64,000 nt of DNA from an uncultured delta proteobacterium (GCA_963812015.1 CAWETI010000003.1:960001-1024000), one strand, 5' to 3'; shown: positions 40,621 through 50,719, counted from the first letter of the stretch. Numbers and translations are program-made. Notes: generated by a model not told the origin, from the letters alone.

Positions 40621-40655
40621 AACTTTTGTATCCGAAGTTTTCTCTTTGCTAAACC

Positions 40656-40719
40656 ATCTCTGGCTTGACTTGAACCCCAGACTAACTTAAAACTTGGTAC
40701 AACTACTGGGGGCAGGTCA
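40656..40719 (+). mobile_element. Orphan right end of the IS3-family element
   Basis: Near-identical to 59112-59175 (..CTAACTTAAAACTTGGTACAACTA..GGGGGCAGGTCA). Confidence 0.9.
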
Positions 40720-40853
40720 TGTGCTTGTTCATGGCTAGGTCGAGGTCGGGCACAATCCGGTGCAAACGGGCACTACTGGGCACTTTGGAACCTGGCAAAA
40801 CAGCTCACCGGAAAAACTTCACCAGCGTCCAGTAGACGCACTTTAAGATCGCT

Positions 40854-41822
40854 ATGAATCAAGACGTGCAACTTTTCTCCTCTACGGCGACCGCGGTATT
40901 CTTGGAGGCCTCTCCCTTTTTACTTTTGGGGGCGTTGCTTTCGTCGGTTTTTGAGGTTTATCTGCCGTCGGATCGCCTGGAGAAGTTTATGCCCAAGGGC
41001 CTTCTCTTAGGCCTGCTTTTCGGGCTGAGTGCCGGGATCTTGATCCCCACCTGCGAGTGTGGCGTGGTTTCAATCGTGCGCCGGTTATTGAAAAAGGGCG
41101 TTCCACCGCATGTGGCGATGACTTATATGCTCTCGGCGCCGGTTATCAACCCGCTGACTATAGCCGCCACTTATATTGCTTTTCGTGGGAATTTCTGGAT
41201 GGTCCTGGGGAGAATCGGTATAGTCGCGGCCTGCGCCTCCTGTATAGGACTGGCCTTGGCCAGGATCAATCCGGTTCTGCTGCTGCGAGGGAGGGAAACC
41301 GAGCCGGACCTCTGTGACCATGACCACACAATTTGTAGCCCTGCTGATGTGAACCATATGCCTCATGTCCATCTTGACGTGGCCCATGGGTGTGGCTGCG
41401 GTTGTGCAGTCCCCAAAGGCTCCAGGCTGATCCAGGTGTTCCAGCATACAGCTTCGGAGTTCTTGGATATGGGAACGTATCTCATTCTAGGCGCTTTGGC
41501 GGTCGGTTTTTTCAGGGCCTTGCTCCACCAAGAGTGGCTGGCTTTTTTTCAAGACAACGTCTTCCTGGCCATTGGGATGATGATGCTCCTGGCTTTTTTT
41601 CTATCAATTTGCTCGCAAGCCGATGCCTTTGTGGCAGCATCCTTTGTCACCTTTCCCATTGTGGCCCAGCTTTCCTTCGTAACGCTTGGGCCAATGGTTG
41701 ACCTTAAACTCGTCGCCATGTATGGGGCGGTGTTCCGCAAGCGCATAGCGCTCACGCTCATCGTAGTGCCGATAATCCTTATTTATATTTTATCGCTCCT
41801 GCTGGGGATAGTGATCAGGTAA
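40854..41822 (+). CDS. DUF318/ArsP-type permease with His/Cys-rich loop
   Basis: EA.PFLLLG, P.CECG, AP.INP, CS.ADAFVA, GP.VDLK. Confidence 0.85.
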   Translation: MNQDVQLFSSTATAVFLEASPFLLLGALLSSVFEVYLPSDRLEKFMPKGLLLGLLFGLSAGILIPTCECGVVSIVRRLLKKGVPPHVAMTYMLSAPVINPLTIAATYIAFRGNFWMVLGRIGIVAACASCIGLALARINPVLLLRGRETEPDLCDHDHTICSPADVNHMPHVHLDVAHGCGCGCAVPKGSRLIQVFQHTASEFLDMGTYLILGALAVGFFRALLHQEWLAFFQDNVFLAIGMMMLLAFFLSICSQADAFVAASFVTFPIVAQLSFVTLGPMVDLKLVAMYGAVFRKRIALTLIVVPIILIYILSLLLGIVIR

Positions 41823-42613
41823 TGATGGGACGAATCGGTGGAATTATCGAGGGACTCATTCTGCTGGCGATAGGTGCCTATGCCGGTCTGCTGGTTATTT
41901 ACGGGGATTATTGGCGATTCCTGAATCCTAAATTTAAATGGCTGACCGGTTTGACTGCGGCCATGCTGATTCTTATAGGCACAATAGCCATCTTCAAGAC
42001 CAACAAACGGGCAAGCTATTTCAGGATTTGCATTTTCCTTATCTTTCTGGGAATCATCTTTTGGGGAAATTCAGGAAGGCCGGTAAGCCCAAAAGCCCAC
42101 TCAAAGGCTCTTTTGGAAAGCCCGGCTGACGCGGTGTCCCGAGGTGAAAGGCTTGCTGAAGAGAAATCTCGCCTGGCCCTGAATGGCCTTGAGTACATAA
42201 AAATCAATCTTGGCGAACTTTACTCACTCTGCCAAGAACCCAAACCAGACAAGATAGCCAGTCGCTACGTAGTCCGGGGGATCGTCAAACGCACTAAACA
42301 AACGGATCGTTTGGGGTACTTTGTGCTTCTCAGGAGCGCGGTAGTTTGCTGTCTGGCTGATTCGGTAGGGGTGGGGTTCAGGGTGAAGTACGAGCGGCTG
42401 AATGAACTTGAGGATGGGCAATGGGTGGAGGTCTATGGGACCCTGAGGAGCCTGTCGAAGAAGTTGCCAAAGCCTCACCTGCGCATCAAAGAGATTCGTT
42501 TGACTGTCTTGTGCGATTCTCATATTTTGGTCCCGGCCAGCATCGTTGGAACGGAAGAGCCGGAAACTCCTTTCATGTTCGAGTTCAGTGATACTGAGCC
42601 ATATAGATTCTGA
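41822..42613 (+). CDS. DUF1980/TIGR03943-like permease partner
   Basis: N-terminal TMs, R..V.CC.AD, WVEV.G; coupled to the upstream permease. Confidence 0.75.
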   Translation: MMGRIGGIIEGLILLAIGAYAGLLVIYGDYWRFLNPKFKWLTGLTAAMLILIGTIAIFKTNKRASYFRICIFLIFLGIIFWGNSGRPVSPKAHSKALLESPADAVSRGERLAEEKSRLALNGLEYIKINLGELYSLCQEPKPDKIASRYVVRGIVKRTKQTDRLGYFVLLRSAVVCCLADSVGVGFRVKYERLNELEDGQWVEVYGTLRSLSKKLPKPHLRIKEIRLTVLCDSHILVPASIVGTEEPETPFMFEFSDTEPYRF

Positions 42614-42680
42614 GACTTATGGGACAACCCTGTCTAAATCTATTAACTGTTCCATCGGCTCATAACTTAAGGAAATTTTC

Positions 42681-44633
42681 ATGACCATCAAGAATGTGCT
42701 CTGCTGGTGGATAGCTGGCATGCTTATCGTTACGACCGGGTGTAGCGAAAAGACCCCACCGGCGCGGAAAGAAGTGCGGCTGATACCGATGCAGGATTTC
42801 TTCCGCAACCCGGAGAAAGCCGGATTCAAGATTTCCCCCAACGGCGAATACCTCTCCTTTCTGATGCCTTGGAAACATCGGCTCAATATCTTTGTCCAGA
42901 AGATCGGACAAGATCAGGCCATCCGGATTACCGAGTCGACCCAACGTGATATTACCGATTATCGCTGGGCTAACGACCTGCGGCTCCTCTACCTGATGGA
43001 CAAAAACGGCGATGAGAACTATCGGGCCTATGGCGTCAACCGCGACGGCTCCGACTTCAAAGAGCTGACGCCCTTTGAGAATGTCCGGGTCAGTATCATT
43101 GATGGGCAGGAAGATATCAAGGACGAAATCTTGATCGGCATGAATAAACGTAATCCGAAAATCTTCGATGCCTACCGGCTCAACATCTATACCGGCGCAA
43201 TGAAGATGGTGGGGGAGAACCCTGGCAACATCTCGGGATGGATGGCTGATAACGCCGGCCAGCTCCGCGTGGCAGTGGCTACCGATGGGGTTAATGAGAC
43301 CCTGCTCTACCGGAAAACCGAAGCCGATCCCTTCAGAGCCATTGTCACCACCAACTTTAAGGATACTTTAGCGCCTCTTTTTTTCACCTTTGATAATAAA
43401 TATCTTTATGTATCCTCCAACCTGGGCCGGGATAAGCAGGCGATTTACCGCTACGATATTGAAAATGATAAATTGTTGGACCTGATTTACGAACATCCGG
43501 AGGTGGATGTGGAAGTGCTCTTGCGGTCGAAGGCACGCAAGGTCATTACCGGGGTTTCGTTTTTTACCGATAAACGGCATTATTATTTCTTCGATAAGGC
43601 CCGAAGACAGATGCAGGAGACCCTGGAAGAGCAGCTGCCCGGCTACGAGGTAGTAGCAGGCGACGAGGGCAGAAACCTGAGGAGCAAAGATGAAACCAAG
43701 GTAATCGTCCGCACCTACAGCGATAAATCTCTGGGGGCGTATTATCTCTACAATCAGCTGAACCACGAGCTGAAAAAACTGGCCGACGTCAGCCCCTGGC
43801 TCCAGGAAAGCGAGTTAGCCGATGTGCAACCGATTCAATTCCAATCCCGGGATGGCCTCACCATTCATGGTTATCTGACCCTGCCCAAGGGGGCAGATCC
43901 GAAAAACTTGCCGGTGATAATTAACCCCCATGGCGGGCCCTGGGCCCGAGACCGTTGGGGCTTTGATCCTGAAGTCCAGTTCCTGGTTAACCGCGGCATG
44001 GCGGTCCTGCAGATGAACTTCCGGGGGTCCACCGGCTATGGCAAAGCTTTCTGGCTGGCGGGCTTCAAAGAGTGGGGCCGCAAGATGCAGGACGACATCA
44101 CGGACGGGGTGCAATGGTTGATCCAACAGGGCATCGCCGATCCCAAACGCGTTGGAATTTATGGCGCCTCTTATGGAGGGTATGCCACTCTGGCGGGCGT
44201 AACCTTCACTCCGGATCTCTATGCCTGCGGGGTGGATTACGTGGGCCCCTCCAACCTCTTCACCCTGCTCGCCTCATTCCCACCTTACTGGGGCCTGGAA
44301 CTCCAGAAGTTTTACGAGATGGTGGGCGACCCGGTGAAGGACAAAGAGTTGCTGACGGCAGTCTCCCCGCTGTTTCACGCCGATAGGATCAAGGGGCCGT
44401 TGTTCGTGGCCCAAGGAGCCCATGACCCTAGGGTGAAAAAGGCGGAGTCCGACCAGATTGTGGCCGCTCTCAAAAAACGCGGCATCAATGTCTTATACAT
44501 GGTCAAAGATAACGAAGGCCATGGCTTCAGCAACGAGGAGAACCGCTTCGACTTTTATCGGGCCATGGAAGAGTTTTTGGGCAAGCATCTGGGAACCCAG
44601 GTCGAAAGGCGAATCGAACCTAAAGCTCGATAA
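42681..44633 (+). CDS. S9 family serine peptidase (probable lipoprotein)
   Basis: HGGPW.RD, NFRGSTGYG, G.SYGG, D.RV...ES, EGHGF. Confidence 0.93.
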   Translation: MTIKNVLCWWIAGMLIVTTGCSEKTPPARKEVRLIPMQDFFRNPEKAGFKISPNGEYLSFLMPWKHRLNIFVQKIGQDQAIRITESTQRDITDYRWANDLRLLYLMDKNGDENYRAYGVNRDGSDFKELTPFENVRVSIIDGQEDIKDEILIGMNKRNPKIFDAYRLNIYTGAMKMVGENPGNISGWMADNAGQLRVAVATDGVNETLLYRKTEADPFRAIVTTNFKDTLAPLFFTFDNKYLYVSSNLGRDKQAIYRYDIENDKLLDLIYEHPEVDVEVLLRSKARKVITGVSFFTDKRHYYFFDKARRQMQETLEEQLPGYEVVAGDEGRNLRSKDETKVIVRTYSDKSLGAYYLYNQLNHELKKLADVSPWLQESELADVQPIQFQSRDGLTIHGYLTLPKGADPKNLPVIINPHGGPWARDRWGFDPEVQFLVNRGMAVLQMNFRGSTGYGKAFWLAGFKEWGRKMQDDITDGVQWLIQQGIADPKRVGIYGASYGGYATLAGVTFTPDLYACGVDYVGPSNLFTLLASFPPYWGLELQKFYEMVGDPVKDKELLTAVSPLFHADRIKGPLFVAQGAHDPRVKKAESDQIVAALKKRGINVLYMVKDNEGHGFSNEENRFDFYRAMEEFLGKHLGTQVERRIEPKAR

Positions 44634-44741
44634 ACGGTTTCAAAAACGCGGAGGCAGATTGGGTGCAGCTTGCGCAGAAAGTATTGTTATGCCCATTCTC
44701 CCAGACCAGGCTGTTAGACAAACATCTTAGATTTCACTAAC

Positions 44742-44957
44742 TGCTATGATCCGACAGTTATCACCGGACCAAAAACCTTCCATGTCCAGATCATATCGAC
44801 TCTTTTTGACCTGATGGCCCCCTGCCTTTTCGCCAGTAACCTGGCCTTTTTCAATCGTTGACTTCCAAAATCATCCTCCCCACAAATGCCCGCACAAGAT
44901 ATGCGGATCATAGCTGCAACTTTTCCGGGTTTGGGGATAATTGTCGGGTTTGGCAAG
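44742..44957 (+). repeat. Repeat family 1 copy A (left arm-core-spacer-core-right arm)
   Basis: TGCTATGATCCGACAGTTATC ... GATAATTGTCGGGTTTGGCAAG imperfect terminal inverted repeats. Confidence 0.85.
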
Positions 44958-45010
44958 ATATTCGCTATCTTCCCTTAGCTACTTTCAGGCAAGATCAACC
45001 TGCCAAAACC

Positions 45011-45087
45011 AACCTTTTCGGGATTAAACTCGGGGAGAGAGGTCACAATCCATTTGTGAATAGCGGTGGCTACGGCTGCCGCATAAT
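45011..45087 (+). repeat. Repeat family 2 copy S1
   Basis: AACCTTTTCGGGATTAAACTCG...GCGGTGGC-TACG-GCTGCCGCATAAT. Confidence 0.75.
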
Positions 45088-45193
45088 TTTAGTTAATACA
45101 TCCAAACATCCATGGTCTAAAAATTAAAGGGGTTGTGCTTCGAAATCAAATCCAACCCTAACGGTTTGCTCTGTTCCAAAAAGGATGAGAACT

Positions 45194-45340
45194 ATGGATG
45201 CTTCTTTATTCATCAGCTTCGGCCTTGTTTTTGTCGGTGGTTTATTTGCCCTAGTCTGTTGCATACTAAGCTTGGCATTCCCTTCCCAAAAGGGACAAGT
45301 ATTGTTTGATCTTTTATCCTGGCCGCATCATAAGAGCTAA
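45194..45340 (+). CDS. Putative 48-aa membrane microprotein
   Basis: MDASLFISFGLVFVGGLFALVCCILSLAFP...; purine-rich upstream sequence. Confidence 0.35.
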   Translation: MDASLFISFGLVFVGGLFALVCCILSLAFPSQKGQVLFDLLSWPHHKS

Positions 45341-45868
45341 GCATACCCACAGGCCCGCCCTCAGGACCCCCATAGAATCCCATGGGTAACGCCTTTCGGC
45401 CACTAATGAACCCCAGAAAGCTATACTGATTGTGGCAAGCCAGACCATGGCCATTTCTCAAGGGCTGGTGCTCCTATGTATCTTATGCGGTCAAGGGAGT
45501 ATTGTGGGCCAAGAAGATCGGGGGCGGAATACTTGTTTTCGGTGGGGGGGCTTCGTGCCACCATTTTCGATCTGCGGATCATATCCGCAAGTATTGGGAA
45601 TTTTTGAGAAGATTTGGTTTTGGCAAGTCATCAGCACATCCATTAATAATGTCTGGCCTCTTTGGTTGGCCACTGCCGGGCGGTGGTGCCTGGTGTTTTT
45701 AGTCATCCCAAAAAAGTGCCTTTTGGTCGCGGATAGGCTGGTATGCTCGAAATCTGAGGAAAAATTGACTATACGTCCAGATTTGTGGTAACTTGCCCCC
45801 TATGAGAAGAATTGGGTTCGCCAGCACCCATAAGGGCTTCGGCGCACAACACTAAGGGGTAGAGCGGG

Positions 45869-46144
45869 ATGAATAAGGCGCAACTCATCGAAGCTTTGGC
45901 CAAAGCTGAGAATCTCACCTTGAAGAAGGCCGAAATGGTGGTCAGAGCGTTTTTTGAGAATATGGCCAATGCCCTGGTGCAGAAGGAACGCATTGAAATT
46001 CGCGGCTTTGGCAGTTTCAAAGTGAAATTTTACAATGGCTATAAAGGCCGGAACCCCAAGACCGGCGATCTCATCAAGGTAGATGGCAAGAAATTGCCTT
46101 TTTTCAAGGTTGGCAAGGAACTGCGGGAACGCGTCGATCGCTGA
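45869..46144 (+). CDS. ihfB: Integration host factor beta / HU family protein
   Basis: MNK..LI, ERIEIRGFGSF, GRNPKTG, FFKVGKELRERVD. Confidence 0.85.
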   Translation: MNKAQLIEALAKAENLTLKKAEMVVRAFFENMANALVQKERIEIRGFGSFKVKFYNGYKGRNPKTGDLIKVDGKKLPFFKVGKELRERVDR

Positions 46145-46323
46145 GCTATTATCACAACCTGGTCGTATTGGATGGGGGATAGCGGTACCCTGTAACCCGA
46201 AAACCGCTTCCGTGCGATCATGCCTTCCGGGAGACAATTCCGACTGCGGTGGCCAAGGCTGCCGCAGCGCCTCGTTTCATAAATTAGCGGGATAACCTTG
46301 GAGAGCCGTTAGGAGAGGCGGCG

Positions 46324-46869
46324 ATGAAGCCACTGTCAAAGAGAGAAATCGAAAAAAAATGGGAGACTTATTTATATTACAAATGGGAATTTTTAAAGAG
46401 AAAACAGGAATTGTTATCACCAGTAAACGAGGAATTTCGAAAGGAGTTTGGAATTCCAAGAACTATGGATATTCTTGAATCAGGTAATAACGTCACGATT
46501 ACACCAGGGTTAACCCATCCAGACGTTCTGACCTCCCTTTTAGATTCAAAGAAGAAAAGACTTAATGTGTCAATTAATTTAGAGGCTCCTAACTGGTTGA
46601 TTGGTCTAATTTTCGAGCATTTAGTTAACTATACTCGGGAGAGAGAGGGCATTAAAGAAAAGAGAATATCTTTTGATAAATTGAATATCTATCTGAAAAT
46701 ATTTGATTTAAATAAGGAGGGCAAATCTCTAAAGAAAATAGCGAAAGAAGTTTATCCGATTGAGTACAGAAGGGGTCAATATGGCACAATGGATTCATTA
46801 CTTAAAAAGGTTAAGAGAAATATAGAAGAGGCTAATAGGATCGTTGACTCAGGAGGAAAAATAATTTAG
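46324..46869 (+). CDS. AT-rich hypothetical protein with possible C-terminal HTH
   Basis: YL.IFDL..EGKS...IAK.VYP; leader shared with the gene at 34684. Confidence 0.65.
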   Translation: MKPLSKREIEKKWETYLYYKWEFLKRKQELLSPVNEEFRKEFGIPRTMDILESGNNVTITPGLTHPDVLTSLLDSKKKRLNVSINLEAPNWLIGLIFEHLVNYTREREGIKEKRISFDKLNIYLKIFDLNKEGKSLKKIAKEVYPIEYRRGQYGTMDSLLKKVKRNIEEANRIVDSGGKII

Positions 46870-46980
46870 CTACCTAAAGTGAGGCATTATCTCGGCTGAA
46901 ACCGACGGTCACAAGTATGGGAACGCCGCTGTTGCAATGCGGTTCTTACGGCAGGATGCGGCCTGATCTGGAGGTACGTT

Positions 46981-47715
46981 ATGTCCCAGTGCCCTATCTG
47001 CAAAACAGCCGTATGGGCAGGGCAGCGCTACTGCTCCACCTGTGACAACTACCTCCCCCATCCGGAAGAAGCGAATTATTTCTGCCCCCGATGCGGCATC
47101 CAGGTGGCCCCCCAACAGAAACTCTGCCACAAGTGTAAGGCCACCCTGCCCCAGTTGGCCGGGGCTCTTGCGGTCACGGCCAACTCCTGGAGGCTCTTTC
47201 CCAGGGCACTAATTTTCCTGGCTACGGGTTTGGCCATTGTCGCCCTTCTCTGGATCTTCCTCCGCCACCAAAAGCCCGAACCTCCGCAGAGGATGGCAAC
47301 GCTGCTTCCTCAGGCCGGTTCAGTGCAGACTCCTGCTACTGCGCCGATCCCTACGAAAGAGATAGCCCCCTCGGCTCCCCAGGCTCCTGCGGCCCAAGAA
47401 CCCGCAGTCCCATCATTACCAGCAACCCCTGCTCCCCCGGAAGAGACGACACCAGCACCATCGCCGCCGCGGTACTCTGTGAAGGTCCGTAGTCTGGCCC
47501 TCCGGGATGCCCCCACAAGGTCTGCCTCTCGAATCGCCACCCTCAACTTCCAAGACGAGGTGGAGCTCATCGAAACCGCCGGCGCTTGGGGGAGAGTACG
47601 AGACGATCAGCGCAATCTCGTCGGCTGGGCCTCCCGGCGCTACTTGGAGCCGTTAGCGGCTGATAGTCCACCGGCCGTTCCCCAGAATTGGCCTCCAGGG
47701 CCCAAGGAGCCTTAA
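46981..47715 (+). CDS. Double zinc-ribbon, TM, Pro-rich linker, SH3 protein
   Basis: Four CxxC pairs, TM helix, L.LR..P...W.RV....VGW.S.RYL; GGAGG RBS. Confidence 0.78.
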   Translation: MSQCPICKTAVWAGQRYCSTCDNYLPHPEEANYFCPRCGIQVAPQQKLCHKCKATLPQLAGALAVTANSWRLFPRALIFLATGLAIVALLWIFLRHQKPEPPQRMATLLPQAGSVQTPATAPIPTKEIAPSAPQAPAAQEPAVPSLPATPAPPEETTPAPSPPRYSVKVRSLALRDAPTRSASRIATLNFQDEVELIETAGAWGRVRDDQRNLVGWASRRYLEPLAADSPPAVPQNWPPGPKEP

Positions 47716-47859
47716 CCTATTTCGTCTGAAGCTGCCAATGACATGTAGCGGTGGATGGCAAAGGTGGTTGATTCCAGGTGGGTCTTGGGCGCTGGGACAT
47801 GCATCTAGTTCAAATGAAAAAACAAGATTACTTAACTTCAAGGTAAAAGAAGGGATTCA

Positions 47860-48037
47860 GATATCTAGAGCATATCGACTCTTTTCGACCTGATAGCTCC
47901 CTCTCTTTCTCCCCGGCAATCTGGTCTCTTTCAAACGTAGGTGCCTGAAATCATCCTCCCCACAATGGCCCTTGGAGGATATGGAGATCATATCTGCAGT
48001 TTTTGCTAGCTTGGGGATAAGCTTCGGTTTTGGCAAG
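47860..48037 (+). repeat. Repeat family 1 copy B (starts at the left core; no left arm)
   Basis: GATATCTAGAGCATATCGACTCTTTT..AAATCATCCTCCCCACAA..GATATGGAGATCATATC..TTTTGGCAAG. Confidence 0.85.
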
Positions 48038-48266
48038 GTATCAGCCATTCTCGCTTCTCCTTTCCTACCAGCCTGACCAATCCCAGGAATCGGCGACCCC
48101 TCCCTATCTAAATTGCACTTCCGAAATCTTAACTAAACGAATATTAGGAATTTCGAAGGCTAAAGATAGGGAATTAAGCAAATATTATTAGGGAAACCCT
48201 AATTATCTTGAATTATGGAGGTTAATATAATAAAAGATTTACCTCATTTCGGAAAGGAGTGGAATA

Positions 48267-49256
48267 ATGTTTTCCCATATTTATCAAATGGTTAAGTTCT
48301 CCCTGAGCCTAAGCAAATTTATGCAAATGAGATTGAACAGCTTTCTGTTCCGTTTCCTCCCCTTCTCCGTCTCCCGATGGTACCTTATGGTCCTGGGAAA
48401 GTTTTACTATTTTCTGAACCGTATGGAGGAAGCCCTGATCCGGAAAACCATTCACCATGTTTTTCAAAGAAAATTCCCCGCCCCGGTCTTGAACCGGAAG
48501 ATCAAAGCGGCCTTCAATGGGATCTTCGACCATTACCATGAGAAGCTGTTCGTGGCTTATTCTCATTTCCCCACGCTGGTGAAGTTCTTAAAATCCCAGG
48601 TCAGGTTTTCCGGGGAAGAGGATCTTCAGGCAGCCTTGCACGCTGGCAAGGGGGTCATCCTGGTAACCGGTCACTTCGGGGCGGTGGAGTTCCTGCCCGG
48701 CGCCCTGGCGTTGAAAGGCTATCCCACTTCCATGATCTGCCGTTTCCAAACCAACCGCCTCCGGCAATCCATGGGGGAGCGGGCCGAAGCGGTCGGCCTG
48801 CACCTTATTGATGCGGATGAGGGCAACATCATTCTGTCGGCCATGAAGGCTTTGAAGCAAGGCGGCATCCTCATCACCGAATGTGACGAGTTTGACGAGT
48901 GGCGGCCTGATCCGAATCGTGATGGTTCCTTTCTCAAATGCAAGCTGCCTTCAGACCGAACTCTGGAGCTTTTACAGAAACGCTCGGGTGCCCAGGTCAT
49001 CACGGCCCTGGTACAACGGCAAGGGAAGAAACACTATACCTGTAACCTCACGGCCGTCGGCAACGGGGCCTTCAACCCATCCATTAACGAGCAGTGCTTA
49101 TCGGTTTTAGAAAAGGCAGTTGAAAATTACCCAGAGCAATGGTACCAATGGAAGAAGTTTGGTAGTATGATCAAACCGCAATTGGAGATCGAACCTGATT
49201 GGCATACACCTGGATATCTGCCTGATATTGGGTTTCCAATCCCCGATCAAGCATAA
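48267..49256 (+). CDS. Lipid A lauroyl-type / lysophospholipid acyltransferase family
   Basis: GKGVIL.TGHFG..E, PEQW.QW. Confidence 0.8.
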   Translation: MFSHIYQMVKFSLSLSKFMQMRLNSFLFRFLPFSVSRWYLMVLGKFYYFLNRMEEALIRKTIHHVFQRKFPAPVLNRKIKAAFNGIFDHYHEKLFVAYSHFPTLVKFLKSQVRFSGEEDLQAALHAGKGVILVTGHFGAVEFLPGALALKGYPTSMICRFQTNRLRQSMGERAEAVGLHLIDADEGNIILSAMKALKQGGILITECDEFDEWRPDPNRDGSFLKCKLPSDRTLELLQKRSGAQVITALVQRQGKKHYTCNLTAVGNGAFNPSINEQCLSVLEKAVENYPEQWYQWKKFGSMIKPQLEIEPDWHTPGYLPDIGFPIPDQA

Positions 49257-49410
49257 TCCGGCTGCCGATGAAGGCATCAGATAAGAGCTGGGCTGCACCG
49301 GGCTTGCCGGTTGTCCCTCAAGGCCAGATAAAGAGCCCCGGCGGTCTGTTATATTATTTGCATATTGCGCGGTTTGGATAAGGATTTAATCAGGCAAAAG
49401 TGTCAGGTAC

Positions 49411-49628
49411 TGCTATGATTCGAGATTTATCAACCTAGTGAAAATTCTACCTATCTGGATCATAACTTCAATTTTTAGCCTGAAAAATTCCCTTCGTTCC
49501 CGCCAGATGTTAGGGCTTCCTTCTCTCACCGGCAGCTGAAATCATCCTCCCCACAAATGCCCTTGGAAGATATGCAGATCATATCTGCAGCTTTTGCTGG
49601 GCCGGTGATAAGGGAAGGTTTTGGCAAG
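49411..49628 (+). repeat. Repeat family 1 copy C (full length)
   Basis: TGCTATGATTCGA..AAATCATCCTCCCCACAAATGCCC..AGATATGCAGATCATATCT..TTTTGGCAAG. Confidence 0.85.
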
Positions 49629-49649
49629 CTAGCGATGCTCTGGGCTCGG

Positions 49650-49703
49650 GCTCATGTCCGATTCTGTGAGGGCGTGGGGGGAGATTCCTCCATGCGACTC
49701 GAC
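49650..49703 (+). other. Probable group II intron 3'-end remnant (3' half of domain V plus domain VI)
   Basis: GCTCATGTCCGATTCTGTGAGGGCGTGGGGGGAGATTCCTCCATGCGACTCGAC resembles DV/DVI ending in AC. Confidence 0.5.
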
Positions 49704-49777
49704 TACGATCCCTGAAGCCCTGGTATGACAATTTGTTGAAAAAGTCTCACTCAAGGTTGTGCTATTATGCCTCCCAT

Positions 49778-49888
49778 GAGACAATTTGGCTGCAAAAAGA
49801 GGAACCTTCTCGGGATTAAACCCGGAAAGAAAGGTCGCCAAAATCGTTTTTGGATTGCGGTGGCAAGAGCTGTTGCATAATCTCGGAT
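49778..49888 (+). repeat. Repeat family 2 copy S2
   Basis: AATTTGG..AAAAAGAGGAACCTTCTCGGGATTAAACCCG..TGCGGTGGC..GCTGTTGCATAATCTCGGAT. Confidence 0.8.
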
Positions 49889-50009
49889 TATATAGGTCAC
49901 ATCCTGAAGAGGGGAGCGGGCCGGGGAAAGAAGACTCTGAGCAAGATTTTTCAGACGCCTTCCGTGCAGTTGTCATACTAGGAATTTATGCGACAGGCGC
50001 ACCGCACCG

Positions 50010-50100
50010 CTAATTGCAGACGCGGCAAGCGATAACCAAATTATTTTGATAGCCACCGTCACCCTTCGAGCGTGGCTGTATGTGATCCACGGTGAATGTC
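50010..50100 (-). pseudogene. HNH endonuclease fragment
   Basis: TVDHIQPRSKG.GG...NLVIACRVCN followed by a stop. Confidence 0.65.
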
Positions 50101-50156
50101 GTTGGCATTCTGCTGAAACCTGCTACCATTGGCTTGGCAGCCAAAAGGGAGCAACA

Positions 50157-50471
50157 ATGCGCTGGTACCACTATGTGGCGTACTTCTTCGGGGGCGCATT
50201 CCTCGCAAACACCCTGCCCCATCTCGGCAATGGGATCTCGGGGCATGCCTTCCAGAGTCCCTTCGCATCACCACCCGGGGTAGGCTTGTCCTCCTCGATG
50301 GTCAATGTCCTATGGGGACTCTTCAACCTTGCCGTCGGCTACCTGCTCGTTTGTCGTGTCGGCAGCTTCAATCTGCGCAAGACCCAGCACGTGCTCGTCC
50401 TCGGGGCGGGCATCCTGATCATGTCGCTAATCCTTGCCAACGCATTCGGACGATTCCACGGGGGGCTGTGA
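50157..50471 (+). CDS. Small membrane protein
   Basis: MRWYHY..FLAN..PH...G..G..FQSPFA.PPG.GLSS..VNVLWG; GGAG RBS. Confidence 0.75.
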   Translation: MRWYHYVAYFFGGAFLANTLPHLGNGISGHAFQSPFASPPGVGLSSSMVNVLWGLFNLAVGYLLVCRVGSFNLRKTQHVLVLGAGILIMSLILANAFGRFHGGL

Positions 50472-50586
50472 GCCTGCCTTTTCACGGTGGAAAGGTGTGG
50501 CGCAAACGACAGTGCATAAATCAAGTATAGATAACTTTCGTATCGGATATGTGACATTGATTAGATTGATATCGGCATTTTCAGAC

Positions 50587-50696
50587 GAGGAAATTTGGAT
50601 AAAAAAGTGGAAACTTGTGTGGGGTTAAACTCGTTTATAGGGCTCTCAAAAAATGTTTTTGACTGAGGTGGCAGAAGCTGCCGCATAATCTCGGAT
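50587..50696 (+). repeat. Repeat family 2 copy S3
   Basis: AATTTGG..AAAAAGTGGAAACTT..GGGTTAAACTCG..TGAGGTGGC..GCTGCCGCATAATCTCGGAT. Confidence 0.8.
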
Positions 50697-50719
50697 ATCA
50701 CTATCGAGGATAACATACC

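Noticed and set aside
44744..48048. Similar short minus-strand ORFs (44744-44956, 47857-48048) sharing CGEDDF
   Set aside because: They are translations of repeat family 1; indels differ between copies and the conservation is palindromic DNA, not codon-like.
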